The translations under genes were made by a program, and so were the position numbers. From the NCBI GenBank assembly GCA_050949045.1, contig JBMNEZ010000001.1, forward strand, positions 1,292,139-1,356,138: a stretch of DNA of 64,000 nucleotides. The letters are read 5' to 3'. This document shows positions 18,698-29,540 of the stretch, in pieces; positions within the stretch are counted from its first letter, which is position 1; the number at the start of each line of letters is the position of its first letter. The notes beneath the pieces were generated by a model. The model saw only the letters and a program-made list of their open reading frames with translations, did not search any database and was not told the DNA's origin. Origin of the DNA: Candidatus Izemoplasmatales bacterium (GTDB lineage: Bacteria > Bacillota_I > Bacilli_A > Izemoplasmatales > Hujiaoplasmataceae).

Positions 18698-18812
18698 AAG
18701 TATTAATTCATAACACCATCAATAAACAATCAGCATTTCCCCTGAAGCGCCCATTAGACTCGGTCGCTTTATGTAATATATAATATATAGATACGCAGAG
18801 GAGACAATTTTT

Positions 18813-19217
18813 GTGAAAACAATCGTTATTGGCGTCATTGGCGCAGACGTACATGCTGTTGGTAACAAGATAATTGAATTTACATTGGCTAATGCCGGAT
18901 ACAACGTCGTCAATATCGGCGTTCTTTCGTCACAAGAGGATTTCATCAATGCTGCAATCGAAACCGATGCCAAACTGATTCTCGTTTCTTCACTTTACGG
19001 TCACGGCGAACTTGATTGCCGAGGAATGCGCGACAAGTGTATTGAAGCCGGGATTGGAGAAATAATCTTATATGTTGGCGGCAACATCGTCGTCGGCAAG
19101 CAGGATTTTACGCAAGTGAAGGAAAGATTTCTGCAAATGGGTTTTAACCGCGTGTATCCTCCGGGAACGCCGATTGAGGACGCACTTGGGGACATCAAGA
19201 CCGATTTGGGAGAATGA
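18813..19217 (+). CDS. mamA: Glutamate mutase sigma (S) subunit
   Basis: [14 protein letters not shown] (DxHxxG), [30 protein letters not shown]. Confidence 0.95.
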   Translation: MKTIVIGVIGADVHAVGNKIIEFTLANAGYNVVNIGVLSSQEDFINAAIETDAKLILVSSLYGHGELDCRGMRDKCIEAGIGEIILYVGGNIVVGKQDFTQVKERFLQMGFNRVYPPGTPIEDALGDIKTDLGE

Positions 19218-19218
19218 C

Positions 19219-20613
19219 ATGAGTTATTACTTGTTGATTGACTTTGGATCGACTTTTACCAAATTGACGGCAGTCGATGCTGATTTTGGCGATGTGATCG
19301 CTACTGCTTCACATTTTACCACTGTCACAACAGACATCCGTGAAGGTTATCATAATGCGCTTGAGATAATATACAAAAAAATCGGAAAGAAAATCCAATT
19401 TGATCACAAGATTGCTTGTTCTTCAGCCGCAGGCGGCTTGAAAATGGCCGCAGTCGGCTTGGTGCAGGAACTCACCGTCGAAGCTGCGAAACGCGTTTGT
19501 CTGGGAGCGGGGGCAAGGGTTGATCTCGTTTGTGCTCACCATCTCACAAAAAAAGACATTCAAGACATCGTAGATTTGAAGATTGATATCATTCTCTTGG
19601 CCGGTGGCGCTGATGGTGGCAATACCGAAAGCGTGCTCTTCAACGCTCGGAAACTGGGCGAGGCAGGCATAAAAATACCGGTTGTCTATGCCGGAAACAA
19701 ATCCTGTCAAGATGAAATTGAAGACATTTTCAAGGAACATGGAATCGATGGTTACATCAGCGAAAATGTTATGCCCAAGATAAATGTTCTCAATGTCAAG
19801 AGCGCCCGGGACAAAATTAGGGAAATATTCTTGAAACAAATCATTGAAGGCAAAGGCATCAAGAAGATTGAAGCCGAGATTGACAGGGTTATCCTGCCGA
19901 CTCCGGAGGCGGTTTTGCAGGCAGGCGAATTGCTTTCAAGGGGATATCTTAATGAGCGCGGCCTCGGGGATATCGTCATGGTTGATGTCGGCGGTGCCAC
20001 GACCGACATCTACTCGATTTGTAACTCGACAAGCCGGAGCGACGTCGTTCTTCACGGGCTCGAAGAACCTTTCGCGAAGAGAACGGTTGAGGGGGATCTT
20101 GGTATGCGCTATTCTGCTCCGGGAATTATCAAAGCCATGACCAAAGAAGAAATCATCCAAATCAGCGAGACTTCAAACCTCGATTTGGAAAAGGAAGTTA
20201 ATTACCGCTTTCATCATGTCGATATGGTTCCTGACAATGACCACGATGAATACGTTGATCAACTGCTCGCGAAGATATGTGTTTATCGGGCGATGAACCG
20301 TCATGTCGGCAGAATCGAGGAAGTGCTGACCCCGATGGGGATTATCTACAATCAAATTGGTAAAGATTTAACCAATGTCGGGTATGTAATCGGTACCGGT
20401 GGCGTTGTGATCAAGTCTAATAATCAAGCCGATATCCTCTATCAAACCACCAATATCAAACAAACTCCGGGAGAACTGAGACCGCAAGATCCCAAATATC
20501 TTCTCGATAGTGATTATATTTTGGCAGCCATGGGGCTGTTAAGCCAGTCAGATCCAAGTTTGGCACTGAAAATCATGAAAAGACATCTGATGCCACTTGA
20601 AAAGAAGGTATAA
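19219..20613 (+). CDS. glmL: Glutamate mutase accessory/reactivating protein GlmL
   Basis: [40 protein letters not shown]; lies between the S and E subunits. Confidence 0.92.
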   Translation: MSYYLLIDFGSTFTKLTAVDADFGDVIATASHFTTVTTDIREGYHNALEIIYKKIGKKIQFDHKIACSSAAGGLKMAAVGLVQELTVEAAKRVCLGAGARVDLVCAHHLTKKDIQDIVDLKIDIILLAGGADGGNTESVLFNARKLGEAGIKIPVVYAGNKSCQDEIEDIFKEHGIDGYISENVMPKINVLNVKSARDKIREIFLKQIIEGKGIKKIEAEIDRVILPTPEAVLQAGELLSRGYLNERGLGDIVMVDVGGATTDIYSICNSTSRSDVVLHGLEEPFAKRTVEGDLGMRYSAPGIIKAMTKEEIIQISETSNLDLEKEVNYRFHHVDMVPDNDHDEYVDQLLAKICVYRAMNRHVGRIEEVLTPMGIIYNQIGKDLTNVGYVIGTGGVVIKSNNQADILYQTTNIKQTPGELRPQDPKYLLDSDYILAAMGLLSQSDPSLALKIMKRHLMPLEKKV

Positions 20614-20618
20614 ACGAT

Positions 20619-22091
20619 ATGGAACTCAAGAACAAGAAAATTACAGAAGCTGATTTTTTCAAAGAACGGGAACAAGTCCTTGCCAGTTGGCATACCGGTA
20701 AAGACCCTGCTTTGGACTTTTCAGTGTCTTTGGAATATCTACGAAAAATACCCGAAGAAAAAAATTTCGCCATGAAACTGATGAAGGCCAAAAACGAAAA
20801 GATCACAATGATTCAGCCTCGGGCGGGCGTTCCAATCGTCGAAGAACATATCAAACTGCTCACCTATTTACAGAATTGTGGAGCGGATTTTCTACCTTCA
20901 ACGATTGACAGTTACACCAGACAAAACCGCTATCTTGAAGCTGAAAAAGGGATCAAGGAAAGTGAACGTCTCGGGCGAGCATTGCTCAATGGCTTTCCCG
21001 CTGTCAATCACGGTGTTGAAGGGTGCAAGCGCGTCTTTGAAGCTGTCAATCTCCCTCTTCAAGCTCGTCATGGGACTCCAGACGCCAGACTCCTAGCAGA
21101 GATTATCCATGCGGCGGGCTGGACTTCGAACGAGGGCGGAGGCATCTCCTATAACATTCCATACGCCAAATCGGTCCCGCTTGATGTCAGCCTCAAACAT
21201 TGGCAGTACTGCGACCGCCTCGTCGGGTTTTATGAAGAGCAAGGGATCACATTGAACCGGGAGCCCTTCGGTCCTTTGACGGGAACGCTTGTGCCGCCAT
21301 CAATCTCCAATGCTATTGGTATTATTGAGGCATTGCTCGCGGCGGAACAGGGAGTCAAAAGCATTTCCGTTGGGTATGGAATGTGTGGCAATATTATTCA
21401 AGACATCGCCGCGATTCACGCTTTGCAGAATCAAACAGAACGGTATTTGGAAAAGTTCGGATATAAAGATGTGATCGTGACCACGGTATTTCACCAGTGG
21501 ATGGGCGGTTTTCCCGCCGATGAGGCCAAAGCGATGGCCTTGATCGCGATGAGCTCAACGGTGGCCACATTGTCGGGAACGCACAAAATGATTACCAAGA
21601 CGACCCATGAGTCGATTGGCATTCCAACCAAGGAAGCCAACGGCGAGGCAATCAAGGCATCTAAATTTGTGACTAAACTTCTTGAGCGGCAGTTTGCCGT
21701 AGAAAGCGAGGCGCTGATATTTGAAAGAGAACAGATTGAAAGAGAAGTCGACAGTTTAATCAAGTTTGTTTTGGAGGCCGGCAAGGGTGATCTTGCCCAG
21801 GGTGTTGTCAAGAGTTTTGAACAAGGACTTCTTGACATTCCGTTTGCGCCGAGCAAATACAACCTCGGAAAGGTTTTCCCAGCAAGGGATAACGAAGGCA
21901 GCATCAGAATCCTTAATTTCGGAAACTTGGGATTAACAGAGGATATTAAGGAGTTTCATCGAGCCAAGATCAAAGAACGAGCGATGAACGAGAACCGCGA
22001 AATATCATTCAAATTAACTGTCGATGACGTCTACTCCGTCAGCAAAGGCAACCTCATCGGCAGACCGGCAAAGGAAGGATCGGGAAAATGA
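20619..22091 (+). CDS. glmE: Glutamate mutase epsilon (E) subunit
   Basis: [57 protein letters not shown]. Confidence 0.96.
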   Translation: MELKNKKITEADFFKEREQVLASWHTGKDPALDFSVSLEYLRKIPEEKNFAMKLMKAKNEKITMIQPRAGVPIVEEHIKLLTYLQNCGADFLPSTIDSYTRQNRYLEAEKGIKESERLGRALLNGFPAVNHGVEGCKRVFEAVNLPLQARHGTPDARLLAEIIHAAGWTSNEGGGISYNIPYAKSVPLDVSLKHWQYCDRLVGFYEEQGITLNREPFGPLTGTLVPPSISNAIGIIEALLAAEQGVKSISVGYGMCGNIIQDIAAIHALQNQTERYLEKFGYKDVIVTTVFHQWMGGFPADEAKAMALIAMSSTVATLSGTHKMITKTTHESIGIPTKEANGEAIKASKFVTKLLERQFAVESEALIFEREQIEREVDSLIKFVLEAGKGDLAQGVVKSFEQGLLDIPFAPSKYNLGKVFPARDNEGSIRILNFGNLGLTEDIKEFHRAKIKERAMNENREISFKLTVDDVYSVSKGNLIGRPAKEGSGK

Positions 22092-23332
22092 AAATTAAAA
22101 AAATCTATTTGACGAAATCATTCACAGGATTTTATTTTGACGACCAGAAGGCAATCAAAAGAGGAGCACAGAATGACGGCTTCATGTATCAGGGATCCCC
22201 GGTAGTCGAAGGATTCACCCAAGTAAGGCAAAAAGGCGAAGCGATTTCGATCCAGATCGTTCTCGAGAACGGGGTCATCGGTTACGGCGACTGTTGCGCC
22301 GTCCAGTATTCCGGCGTCGGCGGCAGAGATCCGCTCTTTCTTGCGGATGACTATATTCCTTTCATGGAAGCAAAAGTCATTCCTCTTTTAATGAAAGAAG
22401 ATATCGGCCGATTCCGACCACTTGCAGAAAAGTACGACCGTATGATCATTGATGGAAAACGGCTTCATACGGCGATTCGCTATGGCATCACCCAAGCTAT
22501 TCTTTCTGTGACCGCCAAATACAAGCAATTGACAATGGCAGAACTTATAAGATTAGAGTATAATATTAACAACAAAGCATATAAGTCAATACCCGTCTTC
22601 ACTCAAAGCGGCGATGACCGCTATGCAAGTGTTGATAAAATGATCTTGAAGGAAGTCGATGTTCTTCCCCACGCACTCATCAACAGCGTTCCAAACAAAC
22701 TCGGCGCTGAGGGCGAGATCCTCACCAAATATGTTTCCTGGCTCTCAGACAGAATTTTGAAATATCGGCTGCGCCCGGATTATCAACCAATTATCCATTT
22801 AGATGTTTACGGAACCATTGGCATCATTTTTGACAACGATCTTGAAAAAATTGTCGACTATATGTTGGAGTTGGAACGACTTGCCAAACCCTTTAAACTC
22901 AGGATCGAAGGTCCTATTGACGGCAGGAACCGCGAAGAAACAATGACCTGTTTGCGCGATCTCACCATAATGCTTGACAATAGACGTTCATCAATCGAGA
23001 TTGTCGCAGACGAATGGTGCAATACGCTTGAAGACATCATCTACTTTGCGGACAACAAGGCAGGTAAGATGCTGCAAATCAAGTGTCCTGACCTTGGCGG
23101 CATCAACAATATTATCGAGGCGATTCTTTACTGCAATAAAAAGAAGATCGGCTCCTATTGCGGCGGCAGCTGCAATGAAACCGACATCTCGGCAAAGACG
23201 ACGATCAACATCGCCATTGCCTGCGATGCCGACCAATTTCTGGCAAAGCCAGGCATGGGTGTCGATGAGGGATATATGATCATCAAAAATGAAATGGAAC
23301 GCGTCCTAGCGATTTGTAGAGATCGCCAATAA
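22088..23332 (+). CDS. mal: Methylaspartate ammonia-lyase
   Basis: [67 protein letters not shown]. Confidence 0.95.
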   Translation: MKIKKIYLTKSFTGFYFDDQKAIKRGAQNDGFMYQGSPVVEGFTQVRQKGEAISIQIVLENGVIGYGDCCAVQYSGVGGRDPLFLADDYIPFMEAKVIPLLMKEDIGRFRPLAEKYDRMIIDGKRLHTAIRYGITQAILSVTAKYKQLTMAELIRLEYNINNKAYKSIPVFTQSGDDRYASVDKMILKEVDVLPHALINSVPNKLGAEGEILTKYVSWLSDRILKYRLRPDYQPIIHLDVYGTIGIIFDNDLEKIVDYMLELERLAKPFKLRIEGPIDGRNREETMTCLRDLTIMLDNRRSSIEIVADEWCNTLEDIIYFADNKAGKMLQIKCPDLGGINNIIEAILYCNKKKIGSYCGGSCNETDISAKTTINIAIACDADQFLAKPGMGVDEGYMIIKNEMERVLAICRDRQ

Positions 23333-23346
23333 GGAGTGAATATATT

Positions 23347-23604
23347 ATGAAGATCGGCATTGCGGGAAGCCTTGAATCTAATGACGTTCTTATCACGGTA
23401 CGAACGAGCGAGAGTTTGATCATCGACATCCACAGCATTGTCGATCTTCTTTATCATGATCAGATCGAGGCTGTCGTATTGGCAACTCTAAAAGAAGAGG
23501 GAATCGACAAACTCGAAGTTACTATCGAGGACAAAGGTGCGCTCGACTATACAATCCGGGCGCGGCTCTTGACCGCGATTAGAAGAATGGAGGACGACCA
23601 ATAA
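23347..23604 (+). CDS. citD: Citrate/citramalate lyase acyl carrier protein (gamma subunit)
   Basis: AGSLESND (prosthetic-group Ser) and DKGALDYTIRAR. Confidence 0.88.
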   Translation: MKIGIAGSLESNDVLITVRTSESLIIDIHSIVDLLYHDQIEAVVLATLKEEGIDKLEVTIEDKGALDYTIRARLLTAIRRMEDDQ

Positions 23605-24476
23605 TGAGAAGTTTTCTGTTTGTGCCAGGAAACAATCCTTCAATGATCCAAAATGCAGATGTGTTTGACGCCGATGTCGTTATTTTTGACTTGGAAGACT
23701 CTGTTCATGCCGGTGAAAAGGATAATGCCCGTAATTTGCTTAGTGATTATCTGAGCCAAAATCCGATGTTACCGAAGAAAATCGCCATCCGGATCAACGC
23801 ACCCGATTCGCCCTTTTATGAAGCTGATCTTTTAAGCATGGTTTCCGATAAGATTGATTTCATTGTATTTCCAAAGGCCTCGGTACAGACTACACAAAAA
23901 CTCGGGAGCGATCTGTTTCAACTTGAGCAGATAAAGCAAATGGAAAAAAAGATTGATATCATCCCGATCATCGAACTCGCATCTTCGCTTGTCGAAGCCT
24001 CCAAGATCGCTTCCGCAAGCAGGGTAAGAGCGTTGTTGTTTGGGGCTGAAGACTATTGTTCGGATCTTGAAATCAAAAGAACGCTTTCCGGAGAGGCGCT
24101 TTTCTATCCGCGGTCGGTGATCGCGGTCGCCTGCAAGGCTTATGGGTTGATTGCGATCGATACACCCTTTACCGATGTCAGGGATGATATTGGTCTCGAA
24201 CAGGATGCAAAAACCGCCGTGTTGCTTGGACTCAATGCGAAGGCCGCCATCCATCCAAGGCAAATTCAAATTATTAACAGAATCTTTTCCCCACAACAGG
24301 ACCAGTTGGACTGGGCGCTCAAGGTTATCGAAGCAGAGAAAATAGCCAACAAGAAAGGCCTTGGCGTTTTCAGCCTCGATGGCAAGATGATCGACAAACC
24401 AATCATCGAACGCGCTCGGAAGACCTTGTTGCGGGCAAAAGAATACGGTTTGCTCGGTGATCTGGATGAAGAATAA
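23604..24476 (+). CDS. citE: Citrate/citramalate lyase beta subunit (CitE family)
   Basis: RSFLFVPGN, IFDLEDSV, FGAEDY, AIHPRQI, LDGKMIDKP. Confidence 0.9.
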   Translation: MRSFLFVPGNNPSMIQNADVFDADVVIFDLEDSVHAGEKDNARNLLSDYLSQNPMLPKKIAIRINAPDSPFYEADLLSMVSDKIDFIVFPKASVQTTQKLGSDLFQLEQIKQMEKKIDIIPIIELASSLVEASKIASASRVRALLFGAEDYCSDLEIKRTLSGEALFYPRSVIAVACKAYGLIAIDTPFTDVRDDIGLEQDAKTAVLLGLNAKAAIHPRQIQIINRIFSPQQDQLDWALKVIEAEKIANKKGLGVFSLDGKMIDKPIIERARKTLLRAKEYGLLGDLDEE

Positions 24477-25974
24477 TCTCGGCAGACTGGTTCCGTCTGG
24501 TTTCAAACCTTATCTTGAAGCCAATGACTATCTAAATCATCAACGAAAGTTGATACCTAAAAAGAAGACGACCGATAAGATCGTATTTTCAGATGATCTT
24601 GAGGCTGTCTTTCTTGATCTTGACATCAAGCCGGGCATGACCATCTCGTTTCACCATCATCTTCGCAGCGGCGACAATGTTTTGAATATAATCGCCAGTT
24701 TGATCCGGAAACATAAAATCAAAGGCATTCACATCGCACCTAGCTCAATTTTTCCTGAATATGAGATCAAAGATCTTCTTCTTGATCAAAGCATCATCGA
24801 TATCCATACCAACTATCTTAACGGGCCCGTCGCCGACATCATCGGCTCCGGTCTCATGGAAGGCAAACTTTTTATGCATACCCATGGCGGCCGGGCGCGG
24901 GCTATCGAGTCCGGAGATCTTCCTATCGATATCGCATTTCTTGCCTGCCCGGCTGTTGACCGTCAAGGCAACGGCTCGGGCGCTTATGGCACGAATGCCT
25001 GTGGGACACTTGGATATGCGATCAGCGATTTGATGTATGCCAAAAAAGTCGTTTTGGTCACTGATACTATCGTTGATAAGTTGCCTAAATGGCAGTTCGA
25101 TCACACTTATGTTGATTATGTCGTCAAAGTGCCTTCGATCGGGGATGCCCGAGGCATCGTCTCCGGTACCACCAGAATCACCCGTGATCCAATTGGACTG
25201 AAGATTGCCCGTGACACTGCCGATTTAGTATATCAACTCGGGATCGTCAAGGACGGATTGTCGATGCAAACAGGGGCCGGGGGGACATCGCTGGCGGTGG
25301 CTGATGCCATCAAGAAAATCATGATTGAAAACAAAATCAAAGGTTCTTTTGCTTCTGGAGGCATAACTTCATATTTTGTGGAAATGCTAAAAGAAGGCCT
25401 TTTCAAGAAGTTGTATGATGTTCAGTGTTTTGATCTTGAAGCTGTTGGCTCCTATCGCGACAACTCGAAACATATTGCGATCAGCGCTTCCGAGTATGGG
25501 AATCCTTATGACCCCAAAGCGATCGTCAATGATCTCGACCTTGTGATCCTCGGAGCCGCCGAAGTCGATCTGGATTTCAACGTCAATGTGACGACTGATT
25601 CCTTTGGAAAAATCATCGGCGGCAGCGGCGGACACGCCGATACCGCCAATGGAGCGAAACTGACGATTATCACCTCGACTCTGGCCAAAACCAGGATTCC
25701 TTTGATCAAGGAAAGAGTCAGGACGATAACCACTCCGGGCGAGGATGTCGACATCCTCGTGACCGAGAGAGGAATAGCCGTCAATCCCAAAAGGAAAGAC
25801 ATCATTGAAATCCTTCAAAAGACAAAGATTCCGCTTTTTTCTATTAGAGAATTGATGGATATACAGTATCGAATCTCAGGGATTCCAAAAGATATTCCTT
25901 CAGGAGATGTTCCTGTGGGTTATGTAATTTATCGCGACGGGACCGTCATCGACACCATTTTCAAATTGAGGTGA
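24466..25974 (+). CDS. citF: Citrate/citramalate lyase alpha subunit (ACP transferase)
   Basis: GMTISFHHHLRSGD, HTHGGRARAIESG, QTGAGGTSLAV, GSGGHADTA. Confidence 0.92.
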   Translation: MKNNLGRLVPSGFKPYLEANDYLNHQRKLIPKKKTTDKIVFSDDLEAVFLDLDIKPGMTISFHHHLRSGDNVLNIIASLIRKHKIKGIHIAPSSIFPEYEIKDLLLDQSIIDIHTNYLNGPVADIIGSGLMEGKLFMHTHGGRARAIESGDLPIDIAFLACPAVDRQGNGSGAYGTNACGTLGYAISDLMYAKKVVLVTDTIVDKLPKWQFDHTYVDYVVKVPSIGDARGIVSGTTRITRDPIGLKIARDTADLVYQLGIVKDGLSMQTGAGGTSLAVADAIKKIMIENKIKGSFASGGITSYFVEMLKEGLFKKLYDVQCFDLEAVGSYRDNSKHIAISASEYGNPYDPKAIVNDLDLVILGAAEVDLDFNVNVTTDSFGKIIGGSGGHADTANGAKLTIITSTLAKTRIPLIKERVRTITTPGEDVDILVTERGIAVNPKRKDIIEILQKTKIPLFSIRELMDIQYRISGIPKDIPSGDVPVGYVIYRDGTVIDTIFKLR

Positions 25975-25979
25975 TGTCC

Positions 25980-27002
25980 ATGACAATCAAACGGGCGCTA
26001 TTATCCCAAGAAATTGCTAAAGTGAAGCTCTTTTTAGAGGAAAACGGGCTGAAATATGATAAAGACATCACCGAGACGCTGTACATCGAAGAAGATAATG
26101 AACCGATCGCGTCCGTCTCTAGGAGCGACTACATCATCAAGTGTCTTGCGGTGAAAAGCGATAAGCGCGGTGAGAATCTCGCAGGAGCCGTCCTTTCCGA
26201 AATGCTTCAGAACATGCGCCAGGAAGGCATCAACTATTATCAGGTATTCACCAAATCGGAATATGTTTCCGTGTTTGAAAGCATGGGTTTCAGGATGCTT
26301 GCGAAGACCAAGCGTGTCGCAATTCTTGAAGCGGGCGAGTCGAGGATCAAAGAAACGATGATAAAACTCAAAACAAGGATTGAAAAGCATCTGAAGGCGT
26401 CGGTAAATGATAAAAGCATCGGCGCCATTGTTGTGAATTGCAACCCGATGACATTGGGCCATTATCAATTGATTCTTGATTCGGCCGTCAATCATGATTT
26501 GCTTCTCGTCTTTGTCGTTGAAGAAGATCAGTCGCTCTTCAGTTTTGAGGAAAGAGTCGCTTTTGTTGAAAATGCACTGAAAAACCAACAAAAGATTATG
26601 GTTCTGCCATCGACCAAGTATATGGTTTCACAATTGACTTTTCCCAGTTATTTTTTGAAGACGATCGATGAGTCTGAGTATGAGCACGCCATGCTTGACG
26701 CGATCATCTTTCGTGATTATTTTCTTCATGATCTCAATATTTCCAAGCGTTATATCGGCAGCGAAACTGAAACGGTGATGACGGCTTACAATTCGATTCT
26801 CAAAACCGTGCTCAAAGATGTGATCGTTGAAAGAAAAAGGTTCATGCTTAATGACGTTGTCATCAGTGCTTCGTTGGTCAGAAAACTGATATTTGAAAAT
26901 CGAATCGAAGAATCCCTGAAGTATATTCCAAAGCAAAACCACGAACTTTTTCTTGAAACAGTAAAATGTAAGTATGATGGATACAAGCAACCGAATCCTT
27001 GA
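25980..27002 (+). CDS. citC: [Citrate (pro-3S)-lyase] ligase
   Basis: N-terminal GNAT-like domain; IVVNCNPMTLGH, FVVEED.S.F.F..R, TFPSYFLK, ISASLVR. Confidence 0.88.
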   Translation: MTIKRALLSQEIAKVKLFLEENGLKYDKDITETLYIEEDNEPIASVSRSDYIIKCLAVKSDKRGENLAGAVLSEMLQNMRQEGINYYQVFTKSEYVSVFESMGFRMLAKTKRVAILEAGESRIKETMIKLKTRIEKHLKASVNDKSIGAIVVNCNPMTLGHYQLILDSAVNHDLLLVFVVEEDQSLFSFEERVAFVENALKNQQKIMVLPSTKYMVSQLTFPSYFLKTIDESEYEHAMLDAIIFRDYFLHDLNISKRYIGSETETVMTAYNSILKTVLKDVIVERKRFMLNDVVISASLVRKLIFENRIEESLKYIPKQNHELFLETVKCKYDGYKQPNP

Positions 27003-28230
27003 GGCAAGAGAGAAGCGGTATTTGCGGATCATCGATCTAAAGAACCGCTTTCGGACAATCATCTCGATCAAAGGAAACACTCCGGGCAAACAGAAGAAAC
27101 ATCCGCTTGCCTGTTTTTTGGTTAAATTATTCACAACCAGCGTTAGACGACAAATTGATGTTGAATGCCTTTACGAATTTATGGATGAAGACGGCTATTA
27201 TTTGGTCATAGGCACCGATGTCAATCCGGAAGTGGTCAAAAGCAAGATGATTAAGTTGGAAGACAACCATCAACTCGGTCGTTTGATTGATTTGGATGTT
27301 TATGGAAAATTAGGAAAAATCAGTAGGCCGATCCCCCGCAGTTGTCTTGTCTGTGGCGAGAAGGCATTTGACTGCATCAGAAACAATCGGCATAATCCGG
27401 AAGAAGTGTTTGATGCTTTCTGTGGGCCGATCGCCATATACATGGAGTCAATGTTCAAGCGGTTGATTAGGGCAAGTGTCATGGACGAGTTGGATCTCGA
27501 ACCCAAATTCGGACTAGTGAGCAAATCGAATTCGGGATCGCATCCAGACATGGATTATGCTTTGATGGTCAGGGCTTATGAGGCAATCGAAAACGACCTT
27601 TATCGAATTTACCTCAAAGGCTTCAACGCCAAAAGCATTGATGGCTTGCTCGCTGAAATCAGACCAATCGGGATTGAAGCCGAAACGAAAATGCTTGACG
27701 CGACAGGAAAAATCAATGCGTATCGGGGATTGATATTCAATCTTGGGATTGTGCTTGCGGCTTCTGGCTGGCTGCTCGGAGGCATGAGAAATGAAAAGGA
27801 TGTCTTTCAAACATCGGCGATCATCGCCAAGGGCATCACAAAAGAACTCGGTGGCAAATCACTGACTTTTGGTGAACGCGCATTCGCCAGCCATGGTTTC
27901 CGAGGAGCTAGAGGCGAAGCAGAATCGGGATACCCACATGTCAAAAAGGCACTTGCTAAACTAGATGATTTCTCTTGGGAGTCAAAAATCAGCGCACTCA
28001 TAGATTTGATTGTTTCAATCGAAGATACGGTCTTTTTGAAAAGAAGTGGCTCTTTGTCCGCATACAAAAAGCATCAAGCGCTATTCAAAAAAATCAAACG
28101 CCCGGACCTGAAAAAAATAGAGTCGCTCACGAAATACTCCATCAAACACAATCTCAGTTTTGGAGGCAGCGCCGACTTGCTTATAGTAGCTTGCTTTATA
28201 AAGCGTCTCAAAGGCGAAATCATGATTTGA
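26974..28230 (+). CDS. citXG: CitX-CitG fusion (holo-ACP synthase + triphosphoribosyl-dephospho-CoA synthase)
   Basis: ILEAREKR...LGRLIDLDV...RSCLVCG...C.R..RH (CitX), then PKFGLV...GSHPDM, GARGEA, SFGGSADLL (CitG). Confidence 0.85.
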   Translation: MMDTSNRILEAREKRYLRIIDLKNRFRTIISIKGNTPGKQKKHPLACFLVKLFTTSVRRQIDVECLYEFMDEDGYYLVIGTDVNPEVVKSKMIKLEDNHQLGRLIDLDVYGKLGKISRPIPRSCLVCGEKAFDCIRNNRHNPEEVFDAFCGPIAIYMESMFKRLIRASVMDELDLEPKFGLVSKSNSGSHPDMDYALMVRAYEAIENDLYRIYLKGFNAKSIDGLLAEIRPIGIEAETKMLDATGKINAYRGLIFNLGIVLAASGWLLGGMRNEKDVFQTSAIIAKGITKELGGKSLTFGERAFASHGFRGARGEAESGYPHVKKALAKLDDFSWESKISALIDLIVSIEDTVFLKRSGSLSAYKKHQALFKKIKRPDLKKIESLTKYSIKHNLSFGGSADLLIVACFIKRLKGEIMI

Positions 28231-28314
28231 AACAAACGAAACAAAAAGAAACACCAAGTTATTTTAAAATATTGCTAGTTGCTTTTGGCAGAAAGAAAGG
28301 TCGGCCTTTTTTCC

Positions 28315-28343
28315 TTGACTTTCATTTTAATGAATAGTAAAAT
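28315..28343 (+). promoter_or_regulatory. Promoter of tRNA-Val/tRNA-Thr
   Basis: TTGACT, 17 bp, TAAAAT. Confidence 0.65.
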
Positions 28344-28391
28344 TGTTATGCGAGTTGAAGCGGAGAATTAAGCCGCTATCTTCTTATTTTT

Positions 28392-28467
28392 GGAGGTTTA
28401 GCTCAGCTGGGAGAGCATCTGCCTTACAAGCAGAGGGTCGGCGGTTCGATCCCGTCAACCTCCACCA
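28392..28467 (+). tRNA. tRNA-Val (anticodon TAC)
   Basis: GGAGGTT/AACCTCC-ACCA; TCTGC-CTTACAA-GCAGA; GTTCGATC. Confidence 0.97.
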
Positions 28468-28468
28468 T

Positions 28469-28545
28469 GCCGAAATAGCTCAACCTGGCAGAGCAACTGA
28501 CTTGTAATCAGTAGGTTGCGGGTTCGATTCCTGCTTTCGGCACCA
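28469..28545 (+). tRNA. tRNA-Thr (anticodon TGT)
   Basis: GCCGAAA/TTTCGGC-ACCA; ACTGA-CTTGTAA-TCAGT; GTTCGATTC. Confidence 0.97.
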
Positions 28546-28588
28546 TATAAGAAACATAGGTTTGATGCAATTGTGTCAAGCCTTTTTT
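28543..28588 (+). repeat. att-like core copy 3 with terminator, after tRNA-Thr
   Basis: CCATATAAGAAACATAGGTTTGATGCAATTGTGTCAAGCCTTTTTT matches the cores at 4931, 6579 and 7443. Confidence 0.85.
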
Positions 28589-28742
28589 ATCGGCATCAAA
28601 AAGAGCGATGCTTCCTTTTTCTGGATGAATTTTATATAATCTTCAACCCCTTTTTGTTTTATTCATTTCTATTGCGAGTATAAAAAAATATAATAAAAAT
28701 GAAGAATTTATTTTTTGTGCTATTATATATGTTTAAAGTTTT

Positions 28743-28802
28743 AATTAGGTGTTGACTTAATTAAAACAATTAAGTATAATCCAATTAGATAAATAACTAA
28801 TT
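28743..28802 (+). promoter_or_regulatory. Promoter plus two palindromic operator candidates upstream of the ArsR gene
   Basis: TTGACT (28752), 17 bp, TATAAT (28775); AATTAG-N8-TTAATT (28743-28762) and AATTAG-N8-CTAATT (28783-28802). Confidence 0.65.
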
Positions 28803-28821
28803 AAATTATGTGAGGAGTACT

Positions 28822-29217
28822 ATGGATAAGAAAAAAGCATTGAAAGCTATCGCAGATGAAACACGTATGAGCATTTTAAAATTGCTGCTCCGGCACAATT
28901 ATTGTGTCCGAGCGTTGGCAACTGAACTGAATTTAACTGAAGCAACGATATCTCAACACCTAAAAGTATTGCGGGAAGCGGGCTTGCTAGTTGGCGAAAA
29001 ACGAGGTTATTTTATGCACTATGCTGTAGAACGTCCGGTCCTACACGAACTTGCACGGGATATTAAAGGTTTAGCAGACATTGAGCATGAAACTTGCAAA
29101 CCGGAAAAACGCGATGATTGCCCTACAAATGAAAAGCAAGACTGTCATAAGAAAGATAATTGTTCAGATGAGGTCAAAAGTTTTTGCCACGGGACAAACT
29201 ACAAGAAGGAAGAATAA
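28822..29217 (+). CDS. ArsR/SmtB family regulator with Cys-rich C-terminal tail
   Basis: LKAIADETRMSILKLL...CVRALA...ISQHLKVLREAGL; tail with five Cys; SD GAGGAG. Confidence 0.9.
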   Translation: MDKKKALKAIADETRMSILKLLLRHNYCVRALATELNLTEATISQHLKVLREAGLLVGEKRGYFMHYAVERPVLHELARDIKGLADIEHETCKPEKRDDCPTNEKQDCHKKDNCSDEVKSFCHGTNYKKEE

Positions 29218-29449
29218 AACGGGTGGAAATGTTAGTGTTTTGATATCTTAAAAAAATCTAAAGCATAATTACTGTTGTTGATGCTCTTTTTTGCAATATG
29301 ATAAAGACGAAAAATTTGGATTTTTAGGATTTGATGGAGAAAGAAAAACATCCACACTTAATTTATGAGCATTTTCTGGCGTTTTATTAATGAATTAACA
29401 AGGTTTTTATATTATAGTTTTTTCTTTTTTATTGAAAGTATAATATATA

Positions 29450-29540
29450 TTGGAAATGAAATTCTTCCAAAGGGGGAAACCTTAAATCGCAATTATGCTG
29501 ATGACTTCTGCAAATATAGTGCAGGGTTATCAGTTTTTTT
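29450..29540 (+). ncRNA. Fluoride (crcB) riboswitch with overlapping terminator, no downstream gene
   Basis: GGAAATGAAATTCTTCC...AAATCGC..GCTGATGACTTCTGC fits the fluoride aptamer pattern. It is followed by TGCAGGGTTATCAGTTTTTTT, which pairs with the aptamer 3' end. TATAAT at 29439-29444. Confidence 0.75.

Noticed and set aside
18813..20613. Names mutS/mutL/glmS suggesting mismatch repair or glucosamine synthase
   Set aside because: The sequences are glutamate mutase subunit S and its accessory protein; only the names coincide.
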